This document shows, one piece after another, positions 10,252 to 20,878 of a DNA stretch of 64,000 nt. The notes beneath the pieces were generated by a model that saw only the letters and a program-made list of their open reading frames with translations, had not been told where the DNA came from and searched no databases. A program made the position numbers and the translations under genes. The stretch is from Sedimentisphaerales bacterium (GTDB taxonomy: Bacteria > Planctomycetota > Phycisphaerae > Sedimentisphaerales > Anaerobacaceae). Every line of letters starts with the position of its first letter. Position 1 is the first letter of the stretch. The DNA lies in the NCBI GenBank assembly GCA_963708075.1, contig OY970194.1:7360001-7424000 (forward strand), given 5' to 3'.

Positions 10252-10620
10252 TCAGCCAATTCTGAACTTGGCCTCGTGGGGCCAGATCTCGGATTCGGGC
10301 CGGTCGAACTGGAGGAATTCGATGGGGGCGCCGTGATCGACAATGAAGGCGATGGTTACGCCTTCGGTGGGGCTGTTGGGTTGGATCAGGACTTCCTTGC
10401 CGGCGATGGCCGCGTTCAGATCGTCCACGAGAAAGGCCACGTGCGGGATGGTCTTCACCAACTCCGGCAGCGGGCAGTCGGGATCGAACTTCATCCACTC
10501 CACACCATACGGGCTCTCGAAGTACCCGGAGGCGTACATCTTGTACTTCTCGCTGTAGTCCTCCCGTGGCAAAGGCCTGTCCGTCGGGATGCCCACATGA
10601 TGATATCGCAGTTGAGCCAT
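10252..10620 (-). CDS. VOC/glyoxalase-fold small protein
   Basis: 'YHHVGIPT','PHVAFLVDDLNAAI','IAFIVDHGAPIEFLQF'; ATG 1 nt after the upstream stop. Confidence 0.75.
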   Translation of the reverse strand: MAQLRYHHVGIPTDRPLPREDYSEKYKMYASGYFESPYGVEWMKFDPDCPLPELVKTIPHVAFLVDDLNAAIAGKEVLIQPNSPTEGVTIAFIVDHGAPIEFLQFDRPESEIWPHEAKFRIG

Positions 10621-10621
10621 G

Positions 10622-12001
10622 TCAGCTCCAGAGGCGGTCGCTGGAGTCGCGGTTGTCCCATTCATCGGTTGGGGCGAAGCACTCCTCGCCGCGCATCAAG
10701 TGCTGCTTGACGACGTCGAGGTTCAGCTCGACGCCGAGGCCCGGCGTGTCGGGCACAGAGGCGTAGCCCTGTTTTTGCAGCGGCTTTTCAATGCCGGTGA
10801 CGAGGTCCTCCCACCAGGGATTATCCACGGCGTGATGCTCCAGGGCGACGAAGTTCTCCGTGGCGGCGGCGCAGTGTACGTTGGCCATGAACGAGATGGG
10901 CGAGCCGGCGAAGTGCATGGCCATCGGGATGGCGTGCAGCTCGGCATAGTCGCCGATCTTCTTGGTTTCGAGGATGCCGCCGGCGGTGGCCAGATCGGGG
11001 TGGACCATGTCCACCGCGTGCTGGTCGATCAGGTCCTTGAAACCGTCGAGCAGGTAGATATCCTCGCCGGTCAGGGTCGGCACGTTGATCGCCGTCGTGA
11101 TCTCCTTGTGCATATCCGTGAATTGCCAGGGGACCATGTCCTCCAGCCAGGCCATCTGGTAGGGCTCCAGGGCCTTGCCGAGCCGGATGCAGCTATTGAC
11201 ATCGAGAGGTCCGAAGTGATCGGCGCCGAGCGGGACCTCATATCCGACCGTTTTGCGGATCTCGGCGATGACATCGGCCAGGATACCGATCCCTTTGTCG
11301 GTGAGTTGGACTCGCGTGGCGGAGGGGCGCGTTGACCTGGATCGCTCCCAGCTTCTCTCCGGCGGATTGCTCATCGTCCCGGGCTCATCGCGAACCCAGC
11401 GCAGCGTCAGGTCCGTCTTCAGAAAGGTAAAGCCCGTCTCCATCCTCTTCTTGAGCTTGGCCGCATAGGTTTGTTTATCCCTGCCGTCGCTGCTGTCGGC
11501 ATACAAGCGCACGCGATCGCGGTACTTGCCGCCAAGCAGTTGATAGACGGGCACGCCGTACGCCTTGCCCGCGAGGTCCCACAGGGCCATCTCAACGCCG
11601 GAGACGCCGCCGCCCTGACGGCCGTGATGGCCGAACTGCCGGATGGATTTGAACAGGGACTCCACGTTGCACGGGTTGCGGCCGAGCAGCCGGCTCTTGA
11701 GCATCAGGGCGTATTTCTTGCTGCCGCCGTCGCGGACCTTGCCCCAGCCGCTGATGCCCTGGTTCGTATCAATGCGGATCAATGGGATCGTGAATGGGGC
11801 TCCCGTGATGACGGCGATGCGCAGGTCCGTGATCTTCAGTTGCGACGGCTGCGAGCTGCGGCTGACGCCCTGCGATGCGTACGCGATCTGGTCTTCGATG
11901 GAAGCGCCAAGCACGCCCGCCAGGCTCAGCCCACCAAGGCCCTTGAGCAGCGAACGACGACAACATAGGGATTTTCCATTCGGCGATTGTTTCTGGTGCA
12001 T
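10622..12001 (-). CDS. Mandelate racemase/muconate lactonizing family (acid-sugar dehydratase-like), Tat-like leader
   Basis: 'SGVEMALWDLAGKAYGVPVYQLLGGKYRD','WLED','TGED','HPDL'; leader 'RRSLLKG'; RBS AAGGAAAG. Confidence 0.88.
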   Translation of the reverse strand: MHQKQSPNGKSLCCRRSLLKGLGGLSLAGVLGASIEDQIAYASQGVSRSSQPSQLKITDLRIAVITGAPFTIPLIRIDTNQGISGWGKVRDGGSKKYALMLKSRLLGRNPCNVESLFKSIRQFGHHGRQGGGVSGVEMALWDLAGKAYGVPVYQLLGGKYRDRVRLYADSSDGRDKQTYAAKLKKRMETGFTFLKTDLTLRWVRDEPGTMSNPPERSWERSRSTRPSATRVQLTDKGIGILADVIAEIRKTVGYEVPLGADHFGPLDVNSCIRLGKALEPYQMAWLEDMVPWQFTDMHKEITTAINVPTLTGEDIYLLDGFKDLIDQHAVDMVHPDLATAGGILETKKIGDYAELHAIPMAMHFAGSPISFMANVHCAAATENFVALEHHAVDNPWWEDLVTGIEKPLQKQGYASVPDTPGLGVELNLDVVKQHLMRGEECFAPTDEWDNRDSSDRLWS

Positions 12002-12045
12002 GACTTTCCTTTGATCTATGTACCCTTTCGGCGTTCGCCAAGCTG

Positions 12046-13014
12046 CTACCACGTCCTCTTCTCGAGGATTTCCTGGATCGCTTCCTTGGGCACGGGCAGG
12101 TCGTTCATGTTTTCCTTGAGCCAGTTGAAGAAGTCGTTCCTGATCTCCTCGGACCATTTGCCGTCGATCTGGCCGGGCGTGTACTTGCCCTCCTTGAGCC
12201 GCTGATGGCCGAAGCGGTCGCGCAGCATGACGGCCTCGGCGCTCTTGACGACCTTCTCGGCCAGTTGGGCGGGGATGAAAATCACGCCTTCGCGTTTGGC
12301 GAGGACCACGTCACCCGGCAGGCAGACGGCCCGGCCGATCCGGATCGGCACGTTGATGCCCGTCAATGTCACCTCCTGCAGGAAGGATGGGTCCCAGCCA
12401 CGAACGAACGCGTTGAACCCGTCGATCTCGCCGAGACCTTCGATGTCGCGGACGGAGCCGTCGAAGACCACGCCGTTGCCGCTCTTGGCGTAGATCGAGT
12501 TGCCCAAGTTATCGCCGATCAGCGTGCCATCGATGATCTTGCCGAACCCGTCAGCGACGTACACGTCGCCCTTCTGCAGCATGTCGATGGGCCAGGAGTT
12601 GGAGGAGCCGATGCGTCCCTCCGCCTTGCCCTGCTCGTCGATGAGCTTCTTCATGTCCGGCCGCGACGGCATATATTGCGCCGTCAACGCCCGGCCCACG
12701 ACAGGCACATCCTGGTGCAAGATCTGCCAGTTGCCCTCGAACTGATTGTGATAGCCTTCGTTCTTCAGGATTGCCCACGCCTCCTCGATGGAGACGTTCT
12801 TCATCCTCTGGAGAATATCGTCGGAGACCTTCGGCCGGCCATCCGACAGCCGCTCGCCCGTCCACGCGACCGTGTACGATTGCACGCGGTCGCTGCACGC
12901 GATCTTCTGTGCCGCGTAGCTGCTGATCACCAGGACCAGCACCAGCAAGACCAGTACGGAGGCTTTGACCAGATTCACTCGCCGAGGAGATGCGAGACGG
13001 ACACTCGTTGCCAT
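12046..13014 (-). CDS. RraA/HMG-aldolase family protein with signal peptide
   Basis: 'VGRALTAQYMP','GDNLG','GVVFDGSVRD','PGDVVLA...GVIFIP'. Confidence 0.82.
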   Translation of the reverse strand: MATSVRLASPRRVNLVKASVLVLLVLVLVISSYAAQKIACSDRVQSYTVAWTGERLSDGRPKVSDDILQRMKNVSIEEAWAILKNEGYHNQFEGNWQILHQDVPVVGRALTAQYMPSRPDMKKLIDEQGKAEGRIGSSNSWPIDMLQKGDVYVADGFGKIIDGTLIGDNLGNSIYAKSGNGVVFDGSVRDIEGLGEIDGFNAFVRGWDPSFLQEVTLTGINVPIRIGRAVCLPGDVVLAKREGVIFIPAQLAEKVVKSAEAVMLRDRFGHQRLKEGKYTPGQIDGKWSEEIRNDFFNWLKENMNDLPVPKEAIQEILEKRTW

Positions 13015-13150
13015 AACGCTCCTTTCCAAAAAGCGATGAGTCACTCGTACCCTTATCATTTGCCGCCCGGCATTGTACCGGCTGTAGAGCGGTCTGTGGA
13101 GTCCCTGGAGTGTGCTTTTTTACCTGGCCTGGCGCCGGGTGCCTTTCATG

Positions 13151-13612
13151 TCACAGCTTGAATCCAAAAGGAGCCTGGCCGGTCCAGCCTTTGGCGAACG
13201 TGGGCGACAGGCGAAGCAGGCTATAGTCGGGGTCATTGACTCCGCCCGGATAATAGACCTCCCAGCCATCTTGCCAGATTCGCCTTTTGAGTTGCTGGTC
13301 TGTGACGATTTCAATGGTCCCGGCAAGCATAAGCCCGTGAGAGTGTGCCGGATCGCAGAAATAGACCGATCCCTTCGGATTGGTTTTGATCTGTGCCACC
13401 TTTGCCGACGATGTGTTCGTCGAATAGTACATAAGCAGGTCGCGCTCGTGCCCGTCAAAGACCGCGGCGAGAGATGGCCATAGCGTCCGGTTGCGCAGAT
13501 TCAACATGGCTCTCACTTCGGGAAAGCCATTGCTGTCAATGGTGGTCAGACAGGACGTCTCGGCTTTCTCGATGAGCGCCAGGGCAAAGCGCCTTGCTTC
13601 CGATTCGTCCAT
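13151..13612 (-). CDS. Pyridoxamine 5'-phosphate oxidase-like / general stress protein 26 family
   Basis: 'LTTIDSNGFPEVRAM','STNTSSAKVAQIKTNPK','YYPGGVNDPDY'; RBS AAGGAG. Confidence 0.85.
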   Translation of the reverse strand: MDESEARRFALALIEKAETSCLTTIDSNGFPEVRAMLNLRNRTLWPSLAAVFDGHERDLLMYYSTNTSSAKVAQIKTNPKGSVYFCDPAHSHGLMLAGTIEIVTDQQLKRRIWQDGWEVYYPGGVNDPDYSLLRLSPTFAKGWTGQAPFGFKL

Positions 13613-13659
13613 GCCGTGCACTCCTTTCTCTCTCAGTGTCCCTGCAAACGCCATGAATC

Positions 13660-16077
13660 CTATTCGCTCGTTTTGAGGGCGAACGCGCGGATAGGGTTTA
13701 TCTCGGTGATCATCCGAATCGTTGCAGCATCCACGCCGGCATCGCTGAGCTTCGGAATGAATGCGTCGATCAGGTACGTGTAGGATCGCTGCGTTCCACC
13801 GTTGGGCTGGCCCGGCTGGTACCATCCAGCGTCGTGCGAGAGCAGGATGCGGTCGCCATAGCCGGCGGCGAGCAGGTCCTTGATGGCCGTGATAAGCGTG
13901 GAATCCTGCCCGGGATTCGAGCCGAGGGAGTCAAACTCGACAAATACGCCGCGTGCGGCCAGTTGGCGCTGCATGTCGCGGTTGTTCTCGCTTTGGGCAT
14001 GGACCCAGATGAATCGGATCGCCGGGTCGATGGATTGCAGGATCGCAATCTGCCTGGATGCATTGCTGCTGACCGGCGTGTGGCTGGCGACGGCGGCACC
14101 CGTTTCGCTCGCGGCGCGGCCGGCGGCTCGCAGGAATTTCTCCTCCAGCGGGGTCATGGCGCCGCTGCCCGTGGCGGTTTTGATGAAGCCGGCCTTGATG
14201 CCTGTGCTCTCGATGCCCTCGCGAATCTCACGAATGAACAGAGTGGTCAATTCATCCTCGCTCATGTTCCGGTGCTCCGGCGGGGCGAAATTGTCCCGGC
14301 CGTACACGCCCGTCGGCACCACCACGGGCAACGCCGACTCCCGCGCCACCTGATCAATGATGGTCACGTTTCGGCCTACGCCGATGCTGCTGCACTCGAT
14401 CAGGACGCCCACACCCTTCTCGCGAGCGGCCATAAGCCATGGCTTCATGATGCGCACGACATCTGCGGGGTTGGCCTGGCCGTAGCCGGCTACGGTGGGA
14501 CCGCGCAAATCGGTGAAGATATGCTCGTGGGGCAGAATGACGCCCAGCCCCTCGGCGAGCAGGGGACCCTGGGTCGTGATGAACTGCCATCGCGTGTCGG
14601 ACTTGCTCGCCTCAATGGTGCCACCATAAACGCCCATGTTGGCCCGACTGCCGTTGGGCAGGGGCTCATCGTCGAATGCCAGCACCGGGTTTCCGGCGTC
14701 GATGCAGGGACTGGTCACCGCAACCTGCACCCATGCCTGGGTCGCAGGGTCCCATCGGCCCGCGCGCGACTTCAGATGGTAGTCGCCAGGCACGAAGAGA
14801 TCGTCGTTGGGGTCGTCCGGCGTGTCATTGGCGTCCCAGTATCCTGCATCGGCGAAGCAGGGGTCGGCATCGATGTTGCCCGGTCCCCAGGTCATCGTTC
14901 GCCTCGGATCGCTGACGGTCGACTTGCCGCCCACCACATCCGTGTACTGAATCATCAGAGCGGCATAGCCGTTCGATATCTCATTGCCGTCGTTGGCCAG
15001 GATGCAGCTATCCACGCGGATCGACGGAGGCGGCGACCCCCGGCCGGGACGCGCAGAGTTGTCTGACAGGAACTGACCCTCTGGGGCGGTATTACCCGCC
15101 GCCGTACAGTTCTGCACCTTCGCAGACCCGTTCTCGTTGTAGAGTACCCCGCCGCCTTTACTTGCGGCATTGCCGACCGCCAGGCAATTCACCATTTCCA
15201 CGCGCCCGAAGCTGGTGCTGTGGATACATCCACCCCACGTCGCTTGATTGCCTCGGAATACGCAACCTGTCAGAACTGCCTTGCCTCTAAGCATAATGGC
15301 CCCGCCCTGTCCTACAGGGAGCCTACTGTAGAGTCCCGCCACGTTCCTCTCAAATGTACAGCCCGTAAGCAGCACATCCTCCTCCAGTTGATCGGCAGAG
15401 AATTCCTCTGCCAGTGCTCCTCCTCCGGATGCTGCGAAGTTGGCTTTGAATACGCAGTCACGGATAGTGATGCCGGCTCCCATGACTATCGCTCCGCCGC
15501 CAAGTGGCACATCCGGGTCAAAGCCATCCTCGAGAGGCACAACCCAGGAATGGGCATGACCACCGGTGATTGTCATGCCGTCCAGGAGAGCAGACCCGGT
15601 GATGGCAACCACATGTTGGGAATTGTCCATCCGCGTCGGCTCATGCATCAGCTTGTTGGGATCGAGGACGTCCACATCGTTGCCCGCCAGGTCGCCGGAG
15701 AGGATCGTCGGGTATGCGACGACATCCCGAAGATTCGGGTCGGCTGCCCCGACTCCGGCGTAGCTGCCTGCCACGTGGACCCCCTGGGTGACAACAAACG
15801 CCGTTTGACGGTCGTCGCTGCCCTCAGGGTTTGCGTTGTTCTGATCCGGCTTGTACGTTCCCTGGGCCACCCGAACTTCCAGCGGCCAGTCCGACGACCT
15901 CAGCATCAGGGGAACAAGGGCGTCCTGCAAATGCCTGTAGGCCGTGGCCCACGACCTGCCATTCCCGCCCGCCGGTGCATCGTCATCGACATAAATAACC
16001 GGATCGAGTGCCCACACCGGCATTGTCCCTGCCAGGATCAGTCCCAGCACGACCATGTAAATGTATGTGTGTTTCAT
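13660..16077 (-). CDS. Secreted beta-helix (pectin lyase-like) domain fused to phosphotriesterase-family amidohydrolase
   Basis: 'YVDDDA..NGRSWATAY','GGGA' repeats,'SPCIDAG'; PTE ligands 'PHEH','GFIKT','ASHT','WVHA','LSHD'. Confidence 0.8.
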   Translation of the reverse strand: MKHTYIYMVVLGLILAGTMPVWALDPVIYVDDDAPAGGNGRSWATAYRHLQDALVPLMLRSSDWPLEVRVAQGTYKPDQNNANPEGSDDRQTAFVVTQGVHVAGSYAGVGAADPNLRDVVAYPTILSGDLAGNDVDVLDPNKLMHEPTRMDNSQHVVAITGSALLDGMTITGGHAHSWVVPLEDGFDPDVPLGGGAIVMGAGITIRDCVFKANFAASGGGALAEEFSADQLEEDVLLTGCTFERNVAGLYSRLPVGQGGAIMLRGKAVLTGCVFRGNQATWGGCIHSTSFGRVEMVNCLAVGNAASKGGGVLYNENGSAKVQNCTAAGNTAPEGQFLSDNSARPGRGSPPPSIRVDSCILANDGNEISNGYAALMIQYTDVVGGKSTVSDPRRTMTWGPGNIDADPCFADAGYWDANDTPDDPNDDLFVPGDYHLKSRAGRWDPATQAWVQVAVTSPCIDAGNPVLAFDDEPLPNGSRANMGVYGGTIEASKSDTRWQFITTQGPLLAEGLGVILPHEHIFTDLRGPTVAGYGQANPADVVRIMKPWLMAAREKGVGVLIECSSIGVGRNVTIIDQVARESALPVVVPTGVYGRDNFAPPEHRNMSEDELTTLFIREIREGIESTGIKAGFIKTATGSGAMTPLEEKFLRAAGRAASETGAAVASHTPVSSNASRQIAILQSIDPAIRFIWVHAQSENNRDMQRQLAARGVFVEFDSLGSNPGQDSTLITAIKDLLAAGYGDRILLSHDAGWYQPGQPNGGTQRSYTYLIDAFIPKLSDAGVDAATIRMITEINPIRAFALKTSE

Positions 16078-16340
16078 CGTGACACCTCCGACTCACCATG
16101 TCGCGGACCGGGACAATCCTGGATACGGCACCGTCCCAATTATAGCAGTTGGCCGGCCTCAATCCATACCCATTTCACGGCTCCGAGTCGCCTGTCGCCC
16201 CACGTAGCGCGGGGAAGCGTTGACACGTCCATCCAGTGGCGGTAGAAAGGGCATGCGGGGCCGAGACCCTGTGTAAGTCGCTGGCCGTCGGTGATGACTG
16301 TCGCATCCACTGCTCTGCCCATTGATTGTCGGAGGCGTCT

Positions 16341-17349
16341 ATGAGACTGCGTTTGTCTGCGTTACTGGTGTGGCTCGTGGGTGCCCCGTGGGTCGCCGCT
16401 GCTGGCGATGCGGGGCCGGTGGCGCCCAAGCCGCTGTATCGTGACCCCGTGTACGATGGGGCGGCGGACCCGGTGCTGGTGTGGAATCAGCGGGAAGGCA
16501 AGTGGTGGATGTCCTACACGAATCGGCGAGCCAATGCCGCTGGGCTGCGGGGTGTGTCGTGGGTGCACGGCACACGCATCGGGATCGCGGAATCCGCCGA
16601 TGGCGGGGCGACGTGGAAGTATCGTGGCACGGCTGACCTGCCGGTCGGCGGTGCCCAGGACACGCACTGGGCGCCGGATATCGTTTTCCATGACGGCGTA
16701 TACCACATGTTCCTTACGTTCGTGCCGGGAACGCACGAGGACTGGTCCGGCGAGCGGCGCATCGTGCATCTGACAAGTCCCGATCTGGTGAAATGGAAGA
16801 ACGAGGGCCAGATCCCCTTTGCTTCGAATCGCGTGCTGGATGCCTCAGTGCTGCGGCTGCCCGACGGCACGTGGCGGATGTGGTACAACGACGAGAACGC
16901 CGGCAAGACGATCTTCGTAGCCGACAGCGCCGACCTGATGACCTGGACCATCCGCGGCAAGGCGGTCCCGGACAGAGGCGAAGGCCCCAAGGCCTTCCGG
17001 TGGCAGGGCAGTTGTTGGCTGATCGTGGACCAGTGGGAGAAAGGTCTGGCGGTATATCGCTCCACTGACGCGAGCCACTGGACAAAGCAGCCGGAAAGCC
17101 TGCTTGTCACCCCGGGGACTGGTGAGGACGACAAAGTACACGGCGGTCACGCCGATGTCGTGGTTCTCAGAGAATCGGGCTTTTCTCTTCTACTTCACCC
17201 ACCCAGGCCGCCGGCCCGACGCCCCCAAGACCGACACCGAAGATCGCCGAAGCTCGATCCAGGTCGTCGAGCTGAAACACAAAGACGGCCACCTGACCTG
17301 CGACCGTAACCAACCCACGCACATCCGCCTCGTGCCACCAAACCATTGA
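16341..17349 (+). pseudogene. Secreted GH43-like 5-bladed propeller glycosidase with +1 frameshift near 17165
   Basis: 'DGAADP','WAPD','VLDA','GEGP'; the frame breaks after 'HADVV' and continues as 'ENRAFLFYFTHPGR...RRSSIQVVEL' in another frame. Confidence 0.7.
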
Positions 17350-17592
17350 GCATGAGCCATTCGGACAATCGGTCTTCGGTCTCCGGGTGACCGCGTCAAG
17401 CGAAGCGTGGCAATGGTCTGATGGTGGGCAAAAAAACGTTGACACTATGTGCGGGGGGCGGTAGAAGGGGGCTGCGCTGGGGGCTGGGCCCCGGGCTGTC
17501 GGTAGGCACTTTTCGGTGGTCGTTGGTATGATGGCTACGCATCTGCGGATACACGCAAACACACATCCATGCAATCGTTGTCGGGGGTCTGT

Positions 17593-18444
17593 ATGAAAAT
17601 CGGAATGAATCTGTTGCTGTGGACGCCGGTTGTGACGGAGGAGCACTTCGGGATTTTCGGCAAGCTGAAGGCGACGGGCTTTGACGGCGTGGAGGTCCCG
17701 CTGTTCAGCGGGGACGTGACACACTACCAGAAGGTGGGCAAGGCCTTGAAGGACAACGGCTTAGCCTGTACGACCTGCACGGTCATGCCGGACGCGGAGC
17801 ACAACCCGGTCAGTCCCGATCCCAAGAGCCGCCAGGGGGCGATCGATTACCTCAAGTGGGTGATCGACTGCAACCAGGCGCTGGGGTCGGAGGTCCTGTG
17901 TGGGCCGTACTATCAGCCGCTGGGCAAGTTCACCGGCAAGGGGCCGACCCAGGAGGAAAAGCAGCGGGCCGCCGAGGTCCATCGCAAGGCCGCCGACTAC
18001 GCCCAGAAAGCGGGCGTGGTGCTCGCCATTGAGTGTCTCAACCGCTTTGAGTGCTATTTCCTCAACACGCTCGATGATGCCGCCGCACATGCAAAGCTGG
18101 TCGATCATCCGAATTTCGGCATCATGTACGATTCGTTCCATGCCAACGTCGAGGAAAAGGACCCGGTTGGCTGCATCACGCGGAACATCGGCGCGATCAA
18201 GCACGTTCACGTCTCGGAGAACGACCGCGGGACGCCGGGCAAGGGGCACGTGCCGTTCGGCAAGATCTTCAAGGCGTTGCGTTCCGGTGGCTATGACCGG
18301 TGGCTGACCATCGAGGCGTTCGGAACGAGCCTGCCCGAACTGGCGGCGACAACCTGCGTGTGGCGCGAGCTGTCGGCCAGCCCGGAGGAATGCTATGAGT
18401 TCGGCTATAAGACGATCAGGAAGAAGTGGGACGCCGCCAAGTGA
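17593..18444 (+). CDS. D-psicose/D-tagatose 3-epimerase family TIM barrel
   Basis: 'GFDGVEVP','IECLNRFE','YDSFHAN','HVHVSENDRGTPG','IEAF'. Confidence 0.85.
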   Translation: MKIGMNLLLWTPVVTEEHFGIFGKLKATGFDGVEVPLFSGDVTHYQKVGKALKDNGLACTTCTVMPDAEHNPVSPDPKSRQGAIDYLKWVIDCNQALGSEVLCGPYYQPLGKFTGKGPTQEEKQRAAEVHRKAADYAQKAGVVLAIECLNRFECYFLNTLDDAAAHAKLVDHPNFGIMYDSFHANVEEKDPVGCITRNIGAIKHVHVSENDRGTPGKGHVPFGKIFKALRSGGYDRWLTIEAFGTSLPELAATTCVWRELSASPEECYEFGYKTIRKKWDAAK

Positions 18445-18504
18445 GATTCTTGATGTTTGATTTTTGATTTTGAAATCAACAATCGACAATCATCAATCAA
18501 CAAT
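18445..18504. repeat. Palindromic 7-nt-period repeat (TTGATTT / AATCAAC units)
   Basis: gattcttgatgtttgatttttgattttgaaatcaacaatcgacaatcatcaatcaacaat. Confidence 0.65.
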
Positions 18505-18542
18505 TCCATGAGCCAAGGAGACAACAGATAAGGAGCCAAGAG

Positions 18543-19580
18543 ATGAGTCCACATGCCCTCCCCAAACTACACAACGCCATGTGGCCCGGGCTGGTCGGCA
18601 AAGGAGATGGACCGGGCCAGGAGCCGCCGATCAGTCTCGAACGGATGCTCGAACTGACCGCCGGCGCCGAGGTGAACGGCCGGAAGTTCGACGGGATCGA
18701 CTACTTCCTGTTCCTGCCGCACACTGACCCCAAGGCTAGCAACAGCCAACTGAAGAAGATCGCCGACCTGATTCAGGGGTACGGCTTCAACGTCGGCTCG
18801 CTGGTCGCCCCGGTTTGGCCGGGTACGGTCGGGGATTCGGCGATGCGGGATGCCGCGGCCCGCAAGAAATTCCTCGACGCCGTGCGGATGGCGTGCCGCA
18901 TCGCCGGCGTGTTCAACGAGCACGGCGTGCGCAAGTACGGCGTGATCCGGATCGATTCGGCGGAATTCGGCGTCGAAGAATGGCGCAAGGATCCAAGGGC
19001 GAACACCAAGAGGATCGCCGAGACGTTCCGCGAGGCGGCCAAGATCGCCGCCGATCACGGCGAACGCCTGGCCGCCGAGGGCGAGATCTGCTGGGCGGGC
19101 ATGCACAGTTGGAAGGCCATGCTGGATCTCCTGGAAGAAGTTGGAATGCCGGAGACGCTTGGCTTCCAGGCCGATATGGCCCACACGTACCTGTATCTGA
19201 TGGGCTACAATGCGCCGGAAGCTGCGCTGCTGAAGCCCGGCTATTCGGACAAAGAGTTCTACGACGCCTATGAAGCGATGGTCGATAAGCTGCGGCCCTG
19301 GACGATCGACTTCCACGTGGCGCAGAACGACGGCCAGGTGCACGGCGCCGGCTCGCACGACAAGACGGGCAAGCACTGTCCGGCTAATGACCCCAATGGC
19401 AAGCTCGACATCGTCCGCTGCGCCGGCTACTGGCTGAAGGACGCCCCGAAGCGCGGTATGCAGCACATCTGCTGGGACGGTTGCATGTTCCCCAACGCCA
19501 TGCTCGAAACGCAGAACACCTGGAATGAGATCCTGGATGTGATGCTCAAAGTGCGTGCCGCGCACGGGTGGAATGCGTAG
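18543..19580 (+). CDS. Xylose isomerase-like TIM barrel protein
   Basis: 'LAAEGE','FQADMAH','DFHVAQND','CWDG' metal-site pattern. Confidence 0.8.
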   Translation: MSPHALPKLHNAMWPGLVGKGDGPGQEPPISLERMLELTAGAEVNGRKFDGIDYFLFLPHTDPKASNSQLKKIADLIQGYGFNVGSLVAPVWPGTVGDSAMRDAAARKKFLDAVRMACRIAGVFNEHGVRKYGVIRIDSAEFGVEEWRKDPRANTKRIAETFREAAKIAADHGERLAAEGEICWAGMHSWKAMLDLLEEVGMPETLGFQADMAHTYLYLMGYNAPEAALLKPGYSDKEFYDAYEAMVDKLRPWTIDFHVAQNDGQVHGAGSHDKTGKHCPANDPNGKLDIVRCAGYWLKDAPKRGMQHICWDGCMFPNAMLETQNTWNEILDVMLKVRAAHGWNA

Positions 19581-19597
19581 GGTGTGCTGTGCGCACC
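19577..19597 (+). repeat. Single GTAG-type REP providing the stop codon of the upstream gene
   Basis: GTAGGGTGTGCTGTGCGCACC (GTAG plus GGTGYGC/GCGCACC hairpin). Confidence 0.55.
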
Positions 19598-19645
19598 ATC
19601 TTCGTGGCATCGAGAATCTGAGACCTTGAATAAGGAACTACTGCA

Positions 19646-20785
19646 ATGACCAAACGACTGAACGTCGGCATCATCGGCTACGGCTTCATGGGCCGCACAC
19701 ACTCCAATGCCTACCGCAAGGTACGCAATTTCTTCGATGTGCCGTACGAGCCCGTCCTCAAGACGATCTGCGGATTGGAGGAGAAGGAGGCAAAAGCATT
19801 CGCCGACCGGTGGGGCTACGAGTCATACGTGACGGACTGGCGCAAGGTGATCGACGACAAGAGCATCGATGTGGTGGATATCTGCGTGCCGAACAACTAC
19901 CACGCGGAGCTCGCCATCGCCGCGGCGCAGGCGGGCAAGATGATCATCTGCGAGAAGCCGTTGGCGCGGACCGGGGCGGAAGCTGAGCCGATGGTCCAGG
20001 CGGTCGAGAAGGCGGGGGTCGCCAATCTCGTCTCGTTCAACTACCGGCGGGTTCCGGCGGTGACGCTGGCCAAACAGCTCATCGACAGCGGCCGGCTGGG
20101 TCGCATCTTCCACTATCGCGCCAACTTCCTGCAGGACTGGACAATTTCGGCGAAGGTGCCGCAGGGCGGCATGGCGACGTGGCGGCTGGACGTCAAGGCG
20201 GCCGGCTCCGGCGTCACCGGCGATCTACTGGCCCACTGCATCGACACGGCCCTGTGGCACAACGGTCCGATCACCTCTGTGTGCGCCATGACCGAAACGT
20301 TCATCAAGGAGCGCATGAACGTGGACACGGGCACGGTCGCGCCGGTCGGCATCGACGACGCCTGTACGTTCTTCTGCCGCTTCGGGAACGGATCGATGGG
20401 CAACTTCGAGTCCACCCGGTACGCCCGCGGGCACAAGGCCCTGTACACCTTCGAGATCAACGGCGAGCATGCCTCCATCGCCTGGGACCTGCACGACCTG
20501 CATCGGCTCAGCTACTTCGATCACCGCGACGAGTCGATCGTTCGCGGCTGGCGGTCGATCCACGTCACCGATGGCGACCAGCCGTACATGGGACACTGGT
20601 GGGTGCCGGGGCTGCAGATCGGCTACGAGCACTCCTTCGTCCACCAGGTGGCCGATTTCCTGGAAAACACGGCCAAGGGCAAGCCGACGTCGCCGACGTT
20701 CCGCGAGGCCCTCGCGACCCAGTACGTCTGCGATGCCGTGCTGGCCTCCGCGAAGAACGGCAAATGGGAAAAAGTGAAATCATGA
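19646..20785 (+). CDS. Gfo/Idh/MocA family oxidoreductase
   Basis: '[10 protein letters not shown]','CEKPLA','FNYRR','GDLLAHCID'. Confidence 0.9.
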   Translation: MTKRLNVGIIGYGFMGRTHSNAYRKVRNFFDVPYEPVLKTICGLEEKEAKAFADRWGYESYVTDWRKVIDDKSIDVVDICVPNNYHAELAIAAAQAGKMIICEKPLARTGAEAEPMVQAVEKAGVANLVSFNYRRVPAVTLAKQLIDSGRLGRIFHYRANFLQDWTISAKVPQGGMATWRLDVKAAGSGVTGDLLAHCIDTALWHNGPITSVCAMTETFIKERMNVDTGTVAPVGIDDACTFFCRFGNGSMGNFESTRYARGHKALYTFEINGEHASIAWDLHDLHRLSYFDHRDESIVRGWRSIHVTDGDQPYMGHWWVPGLQIGYEHSFVHQVADFLENTAKGKPTSPTFREALATQYVCDAVLASAKNGKWEKVKS

Positions 20786-20792
20786 CGGAATA

Positions 20793-20860
20793 GGACATGG
20801 TGGACGTGGCGGACGAATAGGACCTATAGGTCCTATCGGTCCACAACGTCCACGGCGTCC
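20793..20860. repeat. Palindromic 9-nt-period repeat (GGACnnnnn x4 / GTCC x4)
   Basis: Centred on GGACCTATAGGTCC. Confidence 0.65.
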
Positions 20861-20878
20861 AGGAAAGGGCAACAAGCT

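Noticed and set aside
20793..20860. CRISPR-like repeats
   Set aside because: 9-nt period, single palindrome, no spacers, no cas genes
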